From the NCBI GenBank assembly GCA_021513695.1, contig CP084166.1, forward strand, positions 64,001-128,000: a DNA stretch of 64,000 nucleotides, read 5' to 3'. Under the pieces are notes generated by a model. That model ran no database searches and had not been told where the DNA came from. It saw only the letters and a list, made by a program, of their open reading frames with translations. The stretch comes from Candidatus Heimdallarchaeum aukensis (lineage in GTDB: Archaea > Asgardarchaeota > Heimdallarchaeia > Heimdallarchaeales > Heimdallarchaeaceae). The position numbers and the translations under genes were made by a program. Shown here piece by piece: positions 1-8,913 of this stretch; position 1 is the first letter of the stretch; every line of letters begins with the position of its first letter.

Positions 1-931
1 AAATATTAATAAGATTACTTTGTTTCATCATAGGGCAAATCATATTACTGTCTACAAACTTCAGATGGGGATATTCTACTTTCATTCGATCAATGAAACC
101 TTGTTCAGTAACAAACAACACTTCTTTCGATGTCTTACTTGATTTAGAAAATCTGTGCATATCTCCTGTTCCCCCTACTAAATCAGAAATCTCAACAACT
201 TCAGGTTTACACTCAAAATGAGAAAAAACTAAAGTGTCTTCATTTTTCTTTAGTTGCTCTAGTTTTTCTTTTGTAATTCTATCATGTGTTCTGCAATGTC
301 CTCTGTAAGTGATAATCTTCTTTCCTGTAACTTTAGCTAAGTTTACTCCCATATTGTAATCAGGGACGAAAATAATTGTATCACTATCTAATTTCTCAAT
401 AATTTTTCTTGCATTTGCAGAGGTACAACAGACATCAGCTTCAGCTTTTACATCAGCAGTTGTATTGACATAGCAAACAACAGGAGCTCCAGGATATTTC
501 TTTTTTAATTTTCTAACATCCTCCCCAGTTATTGAATCTGCTAAAGTGCAACCTATTCCTCTTTTTGGAACTAAAACAGTTTTTTCAGGATTAAGAATTT
601 TGGCTGTCTCAGCCATGAATTCTACACCACAAAAGAGAATAATGTCTTCTTTAACTTCAGTTGCTTTCTTGGATAATCCTAAACTATCTCCTACATTATC
701 TGCAATACCAAAAATAATATCTGGAGTCTGGTAAGAATGAGCTAGAATATGTACTCCTTTTTTCTTCTTGAGTTTGTTAATTCTTAAAGTTAAAGGAGCG
801 ATATCTAAACAGTCATTTAACGTCCATCCTAAATGACCTAGCTTTGAATATAGTCTCTGTACTTCATTTTCTATTTCATCTTGTGTAAAGCCAAATGTAA
901 TCTGTTCAATCTGATTTTCAATAACTACCAT
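1..931 (-). CDS. nadA: Quinolinate synthase A (NadA). Partial: the C-terminal end runs off the window start.
   Basis: Reverse-complement translation from the ATG at 931-929 gives MVVIENQIEQ...HILAHSYQTPDI...GVEFMAETAKIL...GCTLADS...YVNTTADVKAEADVCCTSANA...FVPDYNMGVN...ICPMMKQ. It contains the three Cys-containing blocks and the HxYQ, FMAETAK and CTSxNA signatures of NadA. The six-frame track omits it because it is truncated by the window edge. Confidence 0.8.
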   Translation of the reverse strand, partial: MVVIENQIEQITFGFTQDEIENEVQRLYSKLGHLGWTLNDCLDIAPLTLRINKLKKKKGVHILAHSYQTPDIIFGIADNVGDSLGLSKKATEVKEDIILFCGVEFMAETAKILNPEKTVLVPKRGIGCTLADSITGEDVRKLKKKYPGAPVVCYVNTTADVKAEADVCCTSANARKIIEKLDSDTIIFVPDYNMGVNLAKVTGKKIITYRGHCRTHDRITKEKLEQLKKNEDTLVFSHFECKPEVVEISDLVGGTGDMHRFSKSSKTSKEVLFVTEQGFIDRMKVEYPHLKFVDSNMICPMMKQSNLINI

Positions 932-961
932 TTTTTAGACCAAGTAACGCTTCAATGAAGG

Positions 962-969
962 TATATAAA
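962..969 (-). promoter_or_regulatory. Candidate archaeal TATA box (TTTATATA on the minus strand) for nadA.
   Basis: Plus-strand GTATATAAAG at 961-970 reads TTTATATA on the minus strand, about 30-35 nt upstream of the nadA ATG (931). Confidence 0.35.
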
Positions 970-1345
970 GGAAATATGCTTTAGGAAAATATTACAAGAT
1001 TTTTTTGAAAAGAACTAATGTAACATAGAAAATAAATGCATTTTTAGAAAAATACAAGCAAAAATTGCCTAAATATAATAAAAAGGTGTTTTTTATTTTA
1101 AGGCATATCTAAAGAACTCTTGAGAATACTACTAATCGTTAAATTATTTAAAAATTATATACTCCCATTAGTATAAATTATAATCTTTTATTATAGGGTT
1201 ACAATTCTATAGATTTGAAGCATTGTTATTTTTTGTTATTTCTAGCTATCATTCTATTAATAATTAAACACAAGATAAATAAATAAAATTACAAACAATA
1301 AAATGATTAACTAACATAATTGTAAGTAGATTATTTGGTGTGAAA

Positions 1346-2392
1346 ATGAACATATTAATGGTTATAGCTGAAGAAGAAGTTTTTAGAAACTTTGCTGATA
1401 CAATTAAAGAACAATTAACAAGTAATTCAGATAATATCTCCTTTTCAGAAATTACAGAAAGTGAACTCGACACAACTCTACAAAACTCTACCTATACAAG
1501 AAATATTAAAACAACAGATCTTGTCATTTCTGTTGGAGATACAGGGACATTCTTAAAATCTATCTTTTTGTCAAATGGAGAAAAACCCGTTATTGCAGCT
1601 TCTTCAGAAAAGATTAGTTTCTTTACTGAAATGACACCCAACAATCTTGAGGAAGCTGTAGCTTCAATATTATCTAAAAGTTACACAATAGATGAATATA
1701 ATAGAGTAGTTCTACAAGATGCAGTGTCAAATGAATACTTGCCCGCATTAAACGAAATAGCTATTTTTCCAAATCGGTCAGCACAGCTAATGAGCTATAC
1801 ACTAACATTAGATAATAATTATATATATAGAGGAAGAGCTGATGGTATTATTGTTTCAACTCCCTTAGGTTCTACAGGCTATGCACTCTCTGCCAATGGT
1901 CCAATTGCTTATGGAAATCCAGACATTACTCTAATTGTACCTGTAAATCCTTTGAATAAAGATCACCATCCTGTTGTTGCCCCTGCGGAGTCTATCATAT
2001 CAATAACTAATTTAAAAGCGAAAACCCAAATAGAAGTTATAATAGATGGTCAAATTAGGAAGAAAATAGATGGACAAACAATTAAAATATTGAAAGCTAG
2101 AAAGAAAGCAAAAATAGTAAGAATTAGCAAAAATATAAATATTGTATCTAGATTAAGAAATAGGTTAGTAGAACTTGACCTACAATCATTAGAAGGTGTT
2201 CCTCCTTCAGCAAAATACATTTTTAAGTTACTACATACAGAGGGAGAAATGACACAAAGTGAAATAATACAAAGTACAGGTTTACCTTCAAGAACAGTTA
2301 GAAATGCACTCAAAATACTTAGTGAAAAAGGGTTAATTGGAAAAAGGAGATATCTACATGATGCAAGACAATCTATTTACTTTTTAATATGA
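1346..2392 (+). CDS. NAD(+)-kinase-like domain with degenerate catalytic motifs, fused to a C-terminal winged helix-turn-helix domain.
   Basis: DGIIVSTPLGSTGYALSANGPI matches the NadK C-terminal signature DGxxxSTPTGSTAYSLSAGGP. The GGDGT motif is altered to VGDTGT and the NE/GxLGFL block is not canonical. The C-terminal ~90 aa (VSRLRNRLVELDLQSLEGVPPSAKYIFKLLHTEGEMTQSEIIQSTGLPSRTVRNALKILSEKGLIGKRR) looks like a MarR/TrmB-type wHTH. The track start at 1340 is GTG; the first ATG is at 1346. Confidence 0.65.
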   Translation: MNILMVIAEEEVFRNFADTIKEQLTSNSDNISFSEITESELDTTLQNSTYTRNIKTTDLVISVGDTGTFLKSIFLSNGEKPVIAASSEKISFFTEMTPNNLEEAVASILSKSYTIDEYNRVVLQDAVSNEYLPALNEIAIFPNRSAQLMSYTLTLDNNYIYRGRADGIIVSTPLGSTGYALSANGPIAYGNPDITLIVPVNPLNKDHHPVVAPAESIISITNLKAKTQIEVIIDGQIRKKIDGQTIKILKARKKAKIVRISKNINIVSRLRNRLVELDLQSLEGVPPSAKYIFKLLHTEGEMTQSEIIQSTGLPSRTVRNALKILSEKGLIGKRRYLHDARQSIYFLI

Positions 2393-2520
2393 CAAGCATA
2401 TTTATTATAAGACACCTCTCTAGAACAACATACTTTTTATTGGTTTTTAAAAATATTGTTTGTATTACTATTATTACAAAAATTATTATTTGTTTATATA
2501 CTAACAATATACCTCGAAGA

Positions 2521-2543
2521 AAGGCAAAAGACTGTTTTGCCTT
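2521..2543 (+). terminator. Perfect 9-bp stem hairpin (AAGGCAAAA-gactg-TTTTGCCTT) followed by a T-rich tract.
   Basis: Seen directly in the sequence. It lies downstream of the NAD-kinase-like gene and upstream of the promoter region of the giant gene. Confidence 0.35.
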
Positions 2544-2606
2544 ACATGATTTTTAAACTTTAAATTTGACTGCTAAAAATGCAACTTTTCAAGGCTTGTA
2601 GTACAT

Positions 2607-2614
2607 TTTATATA
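2607..2614 (+). promoter_or_regulatory. Candidate TATA box (TTTATATA) upstream of the giant-protein operon.
   Basis: The consensus archaeal TATA octamer sits about 95 nt upstream of the ATG at 2710. This implies a 5' UTR of about 70 nt. Confidence 0.3.
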
Positions 2615-2709
2615 TTAATTATCGTATAGTACTCTTTAGAGTTCTGGGATTGGAATTGGGGCTATTATTTCCTGGAGTAAGTAATTGAAAATTGAAAAGA
2701 AGTGTAAAA

Positions 2710-5700
2710 ATGAAAAAAAGTAAAATTAAAGTTATTTCTATTATCGCTATTTTTCTTCTCATCTTGAACGTCTCGACGATATACGTTCAAGGTCAGATGG
2801 TAGGTAATGAAACTAAATTAATGATGACTGGAAATCCTACAGAAGTTTATGAAGATCAGATAGCGATTCTGTATGATCCATTTAATGATATGACAAGAGA
2901 ACTAGCAAATTCGATTTATGAGACTGTTCATATGTTTTATTCTAACGTGAAAATGGTCAAAGTTTTCAATTTAGATTCATTTAACAGAGCTTTTTATGAT
3001 GATGATTGGATTAAAATCTATGTTTTCGACTCTGACTTAAAAGGAATAAAATTTGCTGGTTGGACAATGTCATGGAGAAAACTAACTGGATACTACAATG
3101 TTTTCAAAGATACAAGGCACATTGGAGTTTATGGAAACTCATACAAGATGGGTCCATATCTTAAGACTGAAAACTGTTATATAGAAAATACAGAGATTCT
3201 AGATTATCGTATTGCTTACATTCATGTATTGTGGTCATTATATGATATTTTTACAGAAAAAGAAGATGAAATTCTTCAACAAATAGGAGAAAATTTCAAA
3301 TTAATAGCAATTAAATATTTTGGAGATTCATTTGAAGAAATAATGTCTGCCGAGTTTGATCCACAAGGATTAGGTGTTGTTGACCCAAAAAAGGCAGAAG
3401 AAAGATTACAAGATTCAATGGACCAATATCCAAAGAGATTAAATAAAGTTAATCCATATACGGGTGAGTTAGTTGATCCAACAGCAGAGATTGAAGGATT
3501 TAATCCTGTAATGGATATTAAACCCAAAGCAGCGATAGATGAAGATGACATTGTTTTAGGTGAGTTTCCGTTCTTATCTTCGATTCCTGGAGCTGCAGGT
3601 GACGTTATTAAAATAATTTTAGAGTTTATAGGTGTCGAGATACCAGAAGGTTTATTGACTGTAGGTAAAGAATATGGGGGGCAGATCGTCGCAATAATTA
3701 AAGAGATACCTAAAATTATTGGTTTCTTTAAGGATCCAAGTGCAAGTAGTGCTATTGAACTATTTTTTGATGTAGCAAAAGAAATGTTTCCCAGTATAGA
3801 AGAATATAAGCCCTACTTCGATATAGTAGTGAAAGCCCTATTTTCGATAAAAGATATTGCTTCAGGGGATCTTACTCCTTTAATTGATATATCAATGGAA
3901 CTTCTACGATTTATAATTCCTGATAGTGTAGGAGATTTTGTTGACGATGTTTTTGATGCTTTAAACATATCAAGTGCCCTTTCTGATATTATTAGTGGAG
4001 TTACTAATGTTGGTGATTATCTTAAGAGTTTTCTCAATAGGCAACTAATTACAAATTTAATGAAGAAATTTATTGAACAGACTTTAGATCTAGGGGGAGA
4101 ATCCCAAAAATGGATAGATACCATTTCAGAGATTATTATGATTGCTTATGAAATTGCCAGCACTCGAGATATGGATCACATAATAGCGGATGTCTTTCCA
4201 CGATTAGGAAAATTAGTTTACAAGAACATCTTAGATATGACCTATGATGAAAATGTAGAAAATACCTTCAAAGGAATTGCTGTTGCAATTAAGATGGGTT
4301 TTGGAGCTGCTGGAATCATTGATGTTAATCTTAAGGATTCATTTATGGATTTAATAGGCTTCTTCTTCCCTGACCTCGTTGAGACAGTTAATGATGTTAA
4401 ATTCTTTGTTTCAAGTATTAGGTCTCAAATTGATTCCTTTATGGATCTTGTTAAAGATGTTTCAGAAGGTAAAAATCTAGATGTAAACAACGTTCATGAC
4501 CAAATTATATCTTTAATTACTGAGCTTAGTTCATTATCAGGTCATTCTCTCGATGCAAATAAGATAAATGTACTCTCTCAAGCTGTTTTGATGGCTTTAG
4601 CTCTAATAAATGGTGATTTTGAAGCTTTAAGTGATACTAGCTGCCTAACAAGTCTAGTTGATGGATTTCTAGAACATTTTATTGGACTAGAAGAAGGTCC
4701 TAGAGAAATTGTACAAAAGGCAATAGAAGCTGGAGCAGCTATTTTACCTTTCATTACTGGGAAAAAGAGTTTGAAAAAATATATTATGGGAAGACTTGAA
4801 GATTTTGCTGACAAATTCAAGAATCCTGGAGAAATAATTGAAAAGGTTCTTTATTATTTCCTAAGCAAGTACAACGCAAGTACTCAACTTTACCAACTTA
4901 TTGGAAAAATTGTAGGAATAGTCATTGACATCTTTTCTGGAGGATTTGACTTTTCTGTTCAAAATGTTATTCAGACAATAATCTCAATGGCAGTTGTAGT
5001 TTTGAACATGTTAGATGTCAATATTCCGTTAGAAGCAATGTACAAGAGTTTTCAACTTCTATGGGAAGAGGGGCCAGAATTTTCCAATGTTGTAAAAGTA
5101 GTTCAAGATATTATGGGATTACTTGGAGGAAGCATTGACCCAACAATTAAAACTACTGTAGAAACAGTTCTTACTTTTCTAGGAGGAGCAAAGAATATCT
5201 TCAAAGATGGAATAAAATGGATAATGAACCAACTTGTAGGTTGGGCAGCAGGGCAGATTGCTAATTTATTAAATATGCTTACTGATAAATTAAATGAACT
5301 GTTCCAATCTCTTGGTGATTTGGTAAGTTATGATTCTGAATTCCCAATTGGTTTCGGAAGTTTTACTGCCTTCCAGATGCGAGTATTCTTCTCTTTAAGT
5401 CCTGGATTCGAAATTAACCCTGAACCAATTCAAGAGCTCATTATGAGTATGATTTTTGATGGGTCAAAGGTTTTTGATCTCGATAATATCGGAGAATTGT
5501 TTAAGCTTATCTTAAAATCAATTTCAATTATTCCTATTTTCAAAGCTGGACTTGAAATCAAAGCAGGAACGTCTGGAAAGAACGACTTAATGAAGATGCT
5601 CCTTGATTCTCTTGGTCTGGAACTTTCATTCTCTGGCTCTGCAGGACTAACACTGCAATTAATGAAGATTTCTAATGGTAAAATAAGTACTAGTGATTTC

Positions 5701-8700
5701 TTCAAAGTAATAGAATTCTTCTTTAAATTCCAGATATCAATAGCTAAAACATTCCCATTAGCAGAATTTCTAGGTCCAGGAGGAGCAGTTTTAGCTAAAG
5801 TTGCAGAATTCTTAGGTTTAGGTGGAATTTACCTAAAGATAGAGTTCTTTATAGCAATAGAAATTGTTAAACGATGTGAGACACCTACTCAGAAGGCTGC
5901 AGATATTTTAACAATTGTAATAGGAATAGGTGTTTCTGTAATTATTGATATCGACTTGGTAATTGTTGGAATAAAAATAACTATAGGTTTTGTAGTGACG
6001 CTGACGTTTATCCAGGACTTCTTGGCGGACGCACCGCTGCAAGTGATACTCGAGATAGAGTTCACTGTAGCGGTGAAACTGACGTTCTTGTTCGTCGACT
6101 GGACAGGAACAGCGTCATGGGGTCCAGATCCAATTTATCTGGCAGGAGGACCGGATGATGAAAGCACAAAAGACGAAATGAGCGGCTTGGACGCAGATGG
6201 GGATGGGTTACCTGATTCATATGAGTTAGGAGTTCCAGGAATGAAAGTAGACAGCGATGACAGTGATGGAGACGGTTTATCAGACCAATTCGAAGTGAAA
6301 ACGAGTAAAACAGACCCTATCACTGCAGATTCTGACGATGATGGTCTAGATGATTACATGGAATATGAAGTCTTAAAGACCAATCCTCTACAAGTAGATA
6401 GTGACTATGATGGTTTAACTGACTATGAAGAAGTTGTTATCTATGGAACTGATCCTAATGCACAAGATACAGATGGTGATCAATTAGATGACTATTACGA
6501 AGTAAATACTGCATGGAATATCACTGGAATAACTCCAAGTGTAAGATTTGTTACAATTGGGGGAGTAGAGTATAAAGATCATACTGATCCTCTTAATCCT
6601 GATACTGATGGTGATGGACTTCTAGATGGACAAGAAGGAGAATTTGGGGCTTATTATGGACCAGAATTGTATAACACTTCAGACCCAAGTTGGGATCCCT
6701 ATCCAATATTCTACAATCAAGGATATACTCATCCATTAGATAATGATACCGATGATGATTCTTATAAACAATTAGCAAATGGAACTATAGCTCCAGATCG
6801 TCAGTTCTTAATCTATATGTCTGATAAGGTAGAAATAGATGGACAATGGGTTATTTTCATTGAAGATGATGAATTAATGGGTAGAGTAGTTAGAACTAAC
6901 CCAATTAACCCTGATACTGATGGTGATTCAGCAGTAATGGATAAATCTTGGAGAGGTGATGGGGCTCCTCTTGACTTTTTCCTGAAGTCTGATGGTTACG
7001 AACTCTGGTTAGATCCGCCGACAGACCCGAATGACGCGGATATGGACGATGATGGATTAATTGACGGTTTAGAGGGTTGGGGTAATAAGATCAGTAATCA
7101 TACTGATCCTCGTAATCCTGATACTGATGGTGATGGACTTGGAGACCTGCAAGATATTCTACTCGGTTCGGATCCTTTGAACCCTGATAGTGATATGGAT
7201 GGAATTCTAGATGGTGAGGAGTTCTTCAAGTATGGAACTAACCCCGCTTATGAAGATACAGATCATGATGGGCTTTTGGATGGTGAGGAAGTTTATCTAT
7301 TCCACACAAACCCTCTGGCGGTAGATAGCGATGGAGATGGGATAGATGATGGAATGGAGGTATTAGTTTATGGTTCAGACCCGATGGATGAAGATATGGA
7401 TAACGACGGTCTAACAGACTGGGAAGAGATTTTCTACTACTTTACCAATCCTAGAGATTACGACTCAGATGATGATGGTCTAAGTGATGCTATGGAGGTT
7501 TTAGATGAATATGCTATATACACTGACCCATTGAATTGGGACTCTGATAATGATTCAATCACATATCCTAATGAAAACGGAAATTATACTTTCCCACTTT
7601 CTGATGGAGATGAAGTACTAATTTACGGAACTGACCCATTGACAAGCGATACTGATGGAGATGGATTGCACGATTCGTTTGAACTATATCTTGGTTCAGG
7701 TTTAATTTACAACTTTACTCCTGTACCTTTGGATCCGTTATCTAACGATACTGATGGAGATGGAATATATGATGCAAATGAATACCACATTGCAAATGTC
7801 TCTAACATCATTTATCCTTATGTTAGTTTTATCATCACCCAACCTTACAATACTTCTCCAGTAGATCCAGACTCTGATGATGACGGGATTATCGATGGAG
7901 ACGAAGTCTATGTATATGGAACTATGCCAGATATGAAAGATACAGATGGAGATGGACTAGACGATTGGAGTGAACTTAATATTATGTATACTAACCCTCT
8001 GAGTTCGGATACGGACAATGACTATCTGACAGATTGGGAAGAATGGTATGCGGGTTTTGAACATCCAGGATATCTACTTGATCCTAACGACCCTGATTAT
8101 GATAATGATATGCTGCCAGATGGGCCAGAGTTACTACTTTACGGTTCTAATCCTAATAATGCCTATGAGATTGATCCAAGTTCAGGAAAAGTCGATGGTC
8201 TGTTGATGGATTGGGACCATGATGGTCTAGAAGATGGTTTAGAGTTCTTTGTATACAACACTAGTTATGTAGCAGGAGGAGGAGTCACCCAGCCAGATAG
8301 TGATAGAGATGGTTTGATGGATGGTGCAGAAGTATATGTTCATGGTACAGTCCCCACGAATTGGGATACTGACAATGATACATATAGTGATGGATTAGAA
8401 GTGATGTTAGGACTAGATCCTCTTACATATACAACAGAAGAGGAATTTATAGCAGCTCTATCTGCAAATCAAGATATGCTAGAAGCAGGAGTACTAGTTA
8501 TCTCACCAATAGAAGGTGGAATTTACTCTCCTTCTAACTATACTTTCATCCTCTATAACGTGACAGAACTACTGGGCGTACAATATCAAATGAAGAAGAA
8601 CAAACAAGATTTCGGAGACAACATGAGTATGTACTATGATGATGTTTCAAGGACGTGGATAACTCAAGGAGATTATATTGGACCTGGAGATTATATCGTC

Positions 8701-8913
8701 AGATTTTATGTGACAAAACCTGATGGAAATGTTTCGTTTATAGAACGGACGTTTTATGTCGAAGGAAGTCCAGTTGTCTCTCTACCTTGGGTCTTTGCGG
8801 GAATAGGTGGGGGAGTAGCTATTGGTGTTGCTTCAACTTTGACCGTTTATGCAGGAAGAGCAGGAAAACTGCGATTCTTAAAGAATATCTTTAAAAGAGG
8901 AGGTGCTTCATAA
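2710..8913 (+). CDS. Giant (about 2068 aa) cell-surface protein with three parts. An N-terminal signal/anchor is followed by about 1100 aa of helical region of unknown function. About 25 thrombospondin-type-3-like calcium-binding repeats (DxDxDGxxDxxE) follow, ending in a C-terminal TM helix.
   Basis: The N-terminus MKKSKIKVISIIAIFLLILNVSTIYVQG is hydrophobic. Residues ~1150-1900 contain many repeats such as DADGDGLPDSYE, DSDGDGLSDQFE, DTDGDGLLDGQE, NPDTDGDGLGDLQD, DSDGDGIDDGME, DTDGDGLHDSFE and DTDGDGLDDWSE. The C-terminus VFAGIGGGVAIGVASTLTVYAG is hydrophobic and followed by basic residues. The track start at 2692 is TTG; the ATG at 2710 is more plausible. Confidence 0.8.
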   Translation: MKKSKIKVISIIAIFLLILNVSTIYVQGQMVGNETKLMMTGNPTEVYEDQIAILYDPFNDMTRELANSIYETVHMFYSNVKMVKVFNLDSFNRAFYDDDWIKIYVFDSDLKGIKFAGWTMSWRKLTGYYNVFKDTRHIGVYGNSYKMGPYLKTENCYIENTEILDYRIAYIHVLWSLYDIFTEKEDEILQQIGENFKLIAIKYFGDSFEEIMSAEFDPQGLGVVDPKKAEERLQDSMDQYPKRLNKVNPYTGELVDPTAEIEGFNPVMDIKPKAAIDEDDIVLGEFPFLSSIPGAAGDVIKIILEFIGVEIPEGLLTVGKEYGGQIVAIIKEIPKIIGFFKDPSASSAIELFFDVAKEMFPSIEEYKPYFDIVVKALFSIKDIASGDLTPLIDISMELLRFIIPDSVGDFVDDVFDALNISSALSDIISGVTNVGDYLKSFLNRQLITNLMKKFIEQTLDLGGESQKWIDTISEIIMIAYEIASTRDMDHIIADVFPRLGKLVYKNILDMTYDENVENTFKGIAVAIKMGFGAAGIIDVNLKDSFMDLIGFFFPDLVETVNDVKFFVSSIRSQIDSFMDLVKDVSEGKNLDVNNVHDQIISLITELSSLSGHSLDANKINVLSQAVLMALALINGDFEALSDTSCLTSLVDGFLEHFIGLEEGPREIVQKAIEAGAAILPFITGKKSLKKYIMGRLEDFADKFKNPGEIIEKVLYYFLSKYNASTQLYQLIGKIVGIVIDIFSGGFDFSVQNVIQTIISMAVVVLNMLDVNIPLEAMYKSFQLLWEEGPEFSNVVKVVQDIMGLLGGSIDPTIKTTVETVLTFLGGAKNIFKDGIKWIMNQLVGWAAGQIANLLNMLTDKLNELFQSLGDLVSYDSEFPIGFGSFTAFQMRVFFSLSPGFEINPEPIQELIMSMIFDGSKVFDLDNIGELFKLILKSISIIPIFKAGLEIKAGTSGKNDLMKMLLDSLGLELSFSGSAGLTLQLMKISNGKISTSDFFKVIEFFFKFQISIAKTFPLAEFLGPGGAVLAKVAEFLGLGGIYLKIEFFIAIEIVKRCETPTQKAADILTIVIGIGVSVIIDIDLVIVGIKITIGFVVTLTFIQDFLADAPLQVILEIEFTVAVKLTFLFVDWTGTASWGPDPIYLAGGPDDESTKDEMSGLDADGDGLPDSYELGVPGMKVDSDDSDGDGLSDQFEVKTSKTDPITADSDDDGLDDYMEYEVLKTNPLQVDSDYDGLTDYEEVVIYGTDPNAQDTDGDQLDDYYEVNTAWNITGITPSVRFVTIGGVEYKDHTDPLNPDTDGDGLLDGQEGEFGAYYGPELYNTSDPSWDPYPIFYNQGYTHPLDNDTDDDSYKQLANGTIAPDRQFLIYMSDKVEIDGQWVIFIEDDELMGRVVRTNPINPDTDGDSAVMDKSWRGDGAPLDFFLKSDGYELWLDPPTDPNDADMDDDGLIDGLEGWGNKISNHTDPRNPDTDGDGLGDLQDILLGSDPLNPDSDMDGILDGEEFFKYGTNPAYEDTDHDGLLDGEEVYLFHTNPLAVDSDGDGIDDGMEVLVYGSDPMDEDMDNDGLTDWEEIFYYFTNPRDYDSDDDGLSDAMEVLDEYAIYTDPLNWDSDNDSITYPNENGNYTFPLSDGDEVLIYGTDPLTSDTDGDGLHDSFELYLGSGLIYNFTPVPLDPLSNDTDGDGIYDANEYHIANVSNIIYPYVSFIITQPYNTSPVDPDSDDDGIIDGDEVYVYGTMPDMKDTDGDGLDDWSELNIMYTNPLSSDTDNDYLTDWEEWYAGFEHPGYLLDPNDPDYDNDMLPDGPELLLYGSNPNNAYEIDPSSGKVDGLLMDWDHDGLEDGLEFFVYNTSYVAGGGVTQPDSDRDGLMDGAEVYVHGTVPTNWDTDNDTYSDGLEVMLGLDPLTYTTEEEFIAALSANQDMLEAGVLVISPIEGGIYSPSNYTFILYNVTELLGVQYQMKKNKQDFGDNMSMYYDDVSRTWITQGDYIGPGDYIVRFYVTKPDGNVSFIERTFYVEGSPVVSLPWVFAGIGGGVAIGVASTLTVYAGRAGKLRFLKNIFKRGGAS

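Noticed and set aside
936-1339. Long (~400 bp) nadA-nadK intergenic region, considered as a possible ncRNA or riboswitch.
   Set aside because: It is extremely AT-rich with no stable stem-loops or conserved-looking structure. It is more consistent with divergent promoters.
5990-6130. GC-rich patch, considered as an intein or an inserted mobile sequence.
   Set aside because: At ~140 bp it is far too short. The reading frame and hydrophobic protein sequence are continuous through it. It is retained only as a low-interest compositional anomaly.
6140-8400. Asp-rich repeats, considered as RTX/hemolysin-type beta-roll or dockerin repeats.
   Set aside because: The motif is DxDxDGxxDxxE at irregular ~25-35 aa spacing, matching TSP type-3/OmpA-like repeats. 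It is not the GGxGxDxUx nonapeptide of RTX. Dockerins occur as a single pair rather than ~25 copies.
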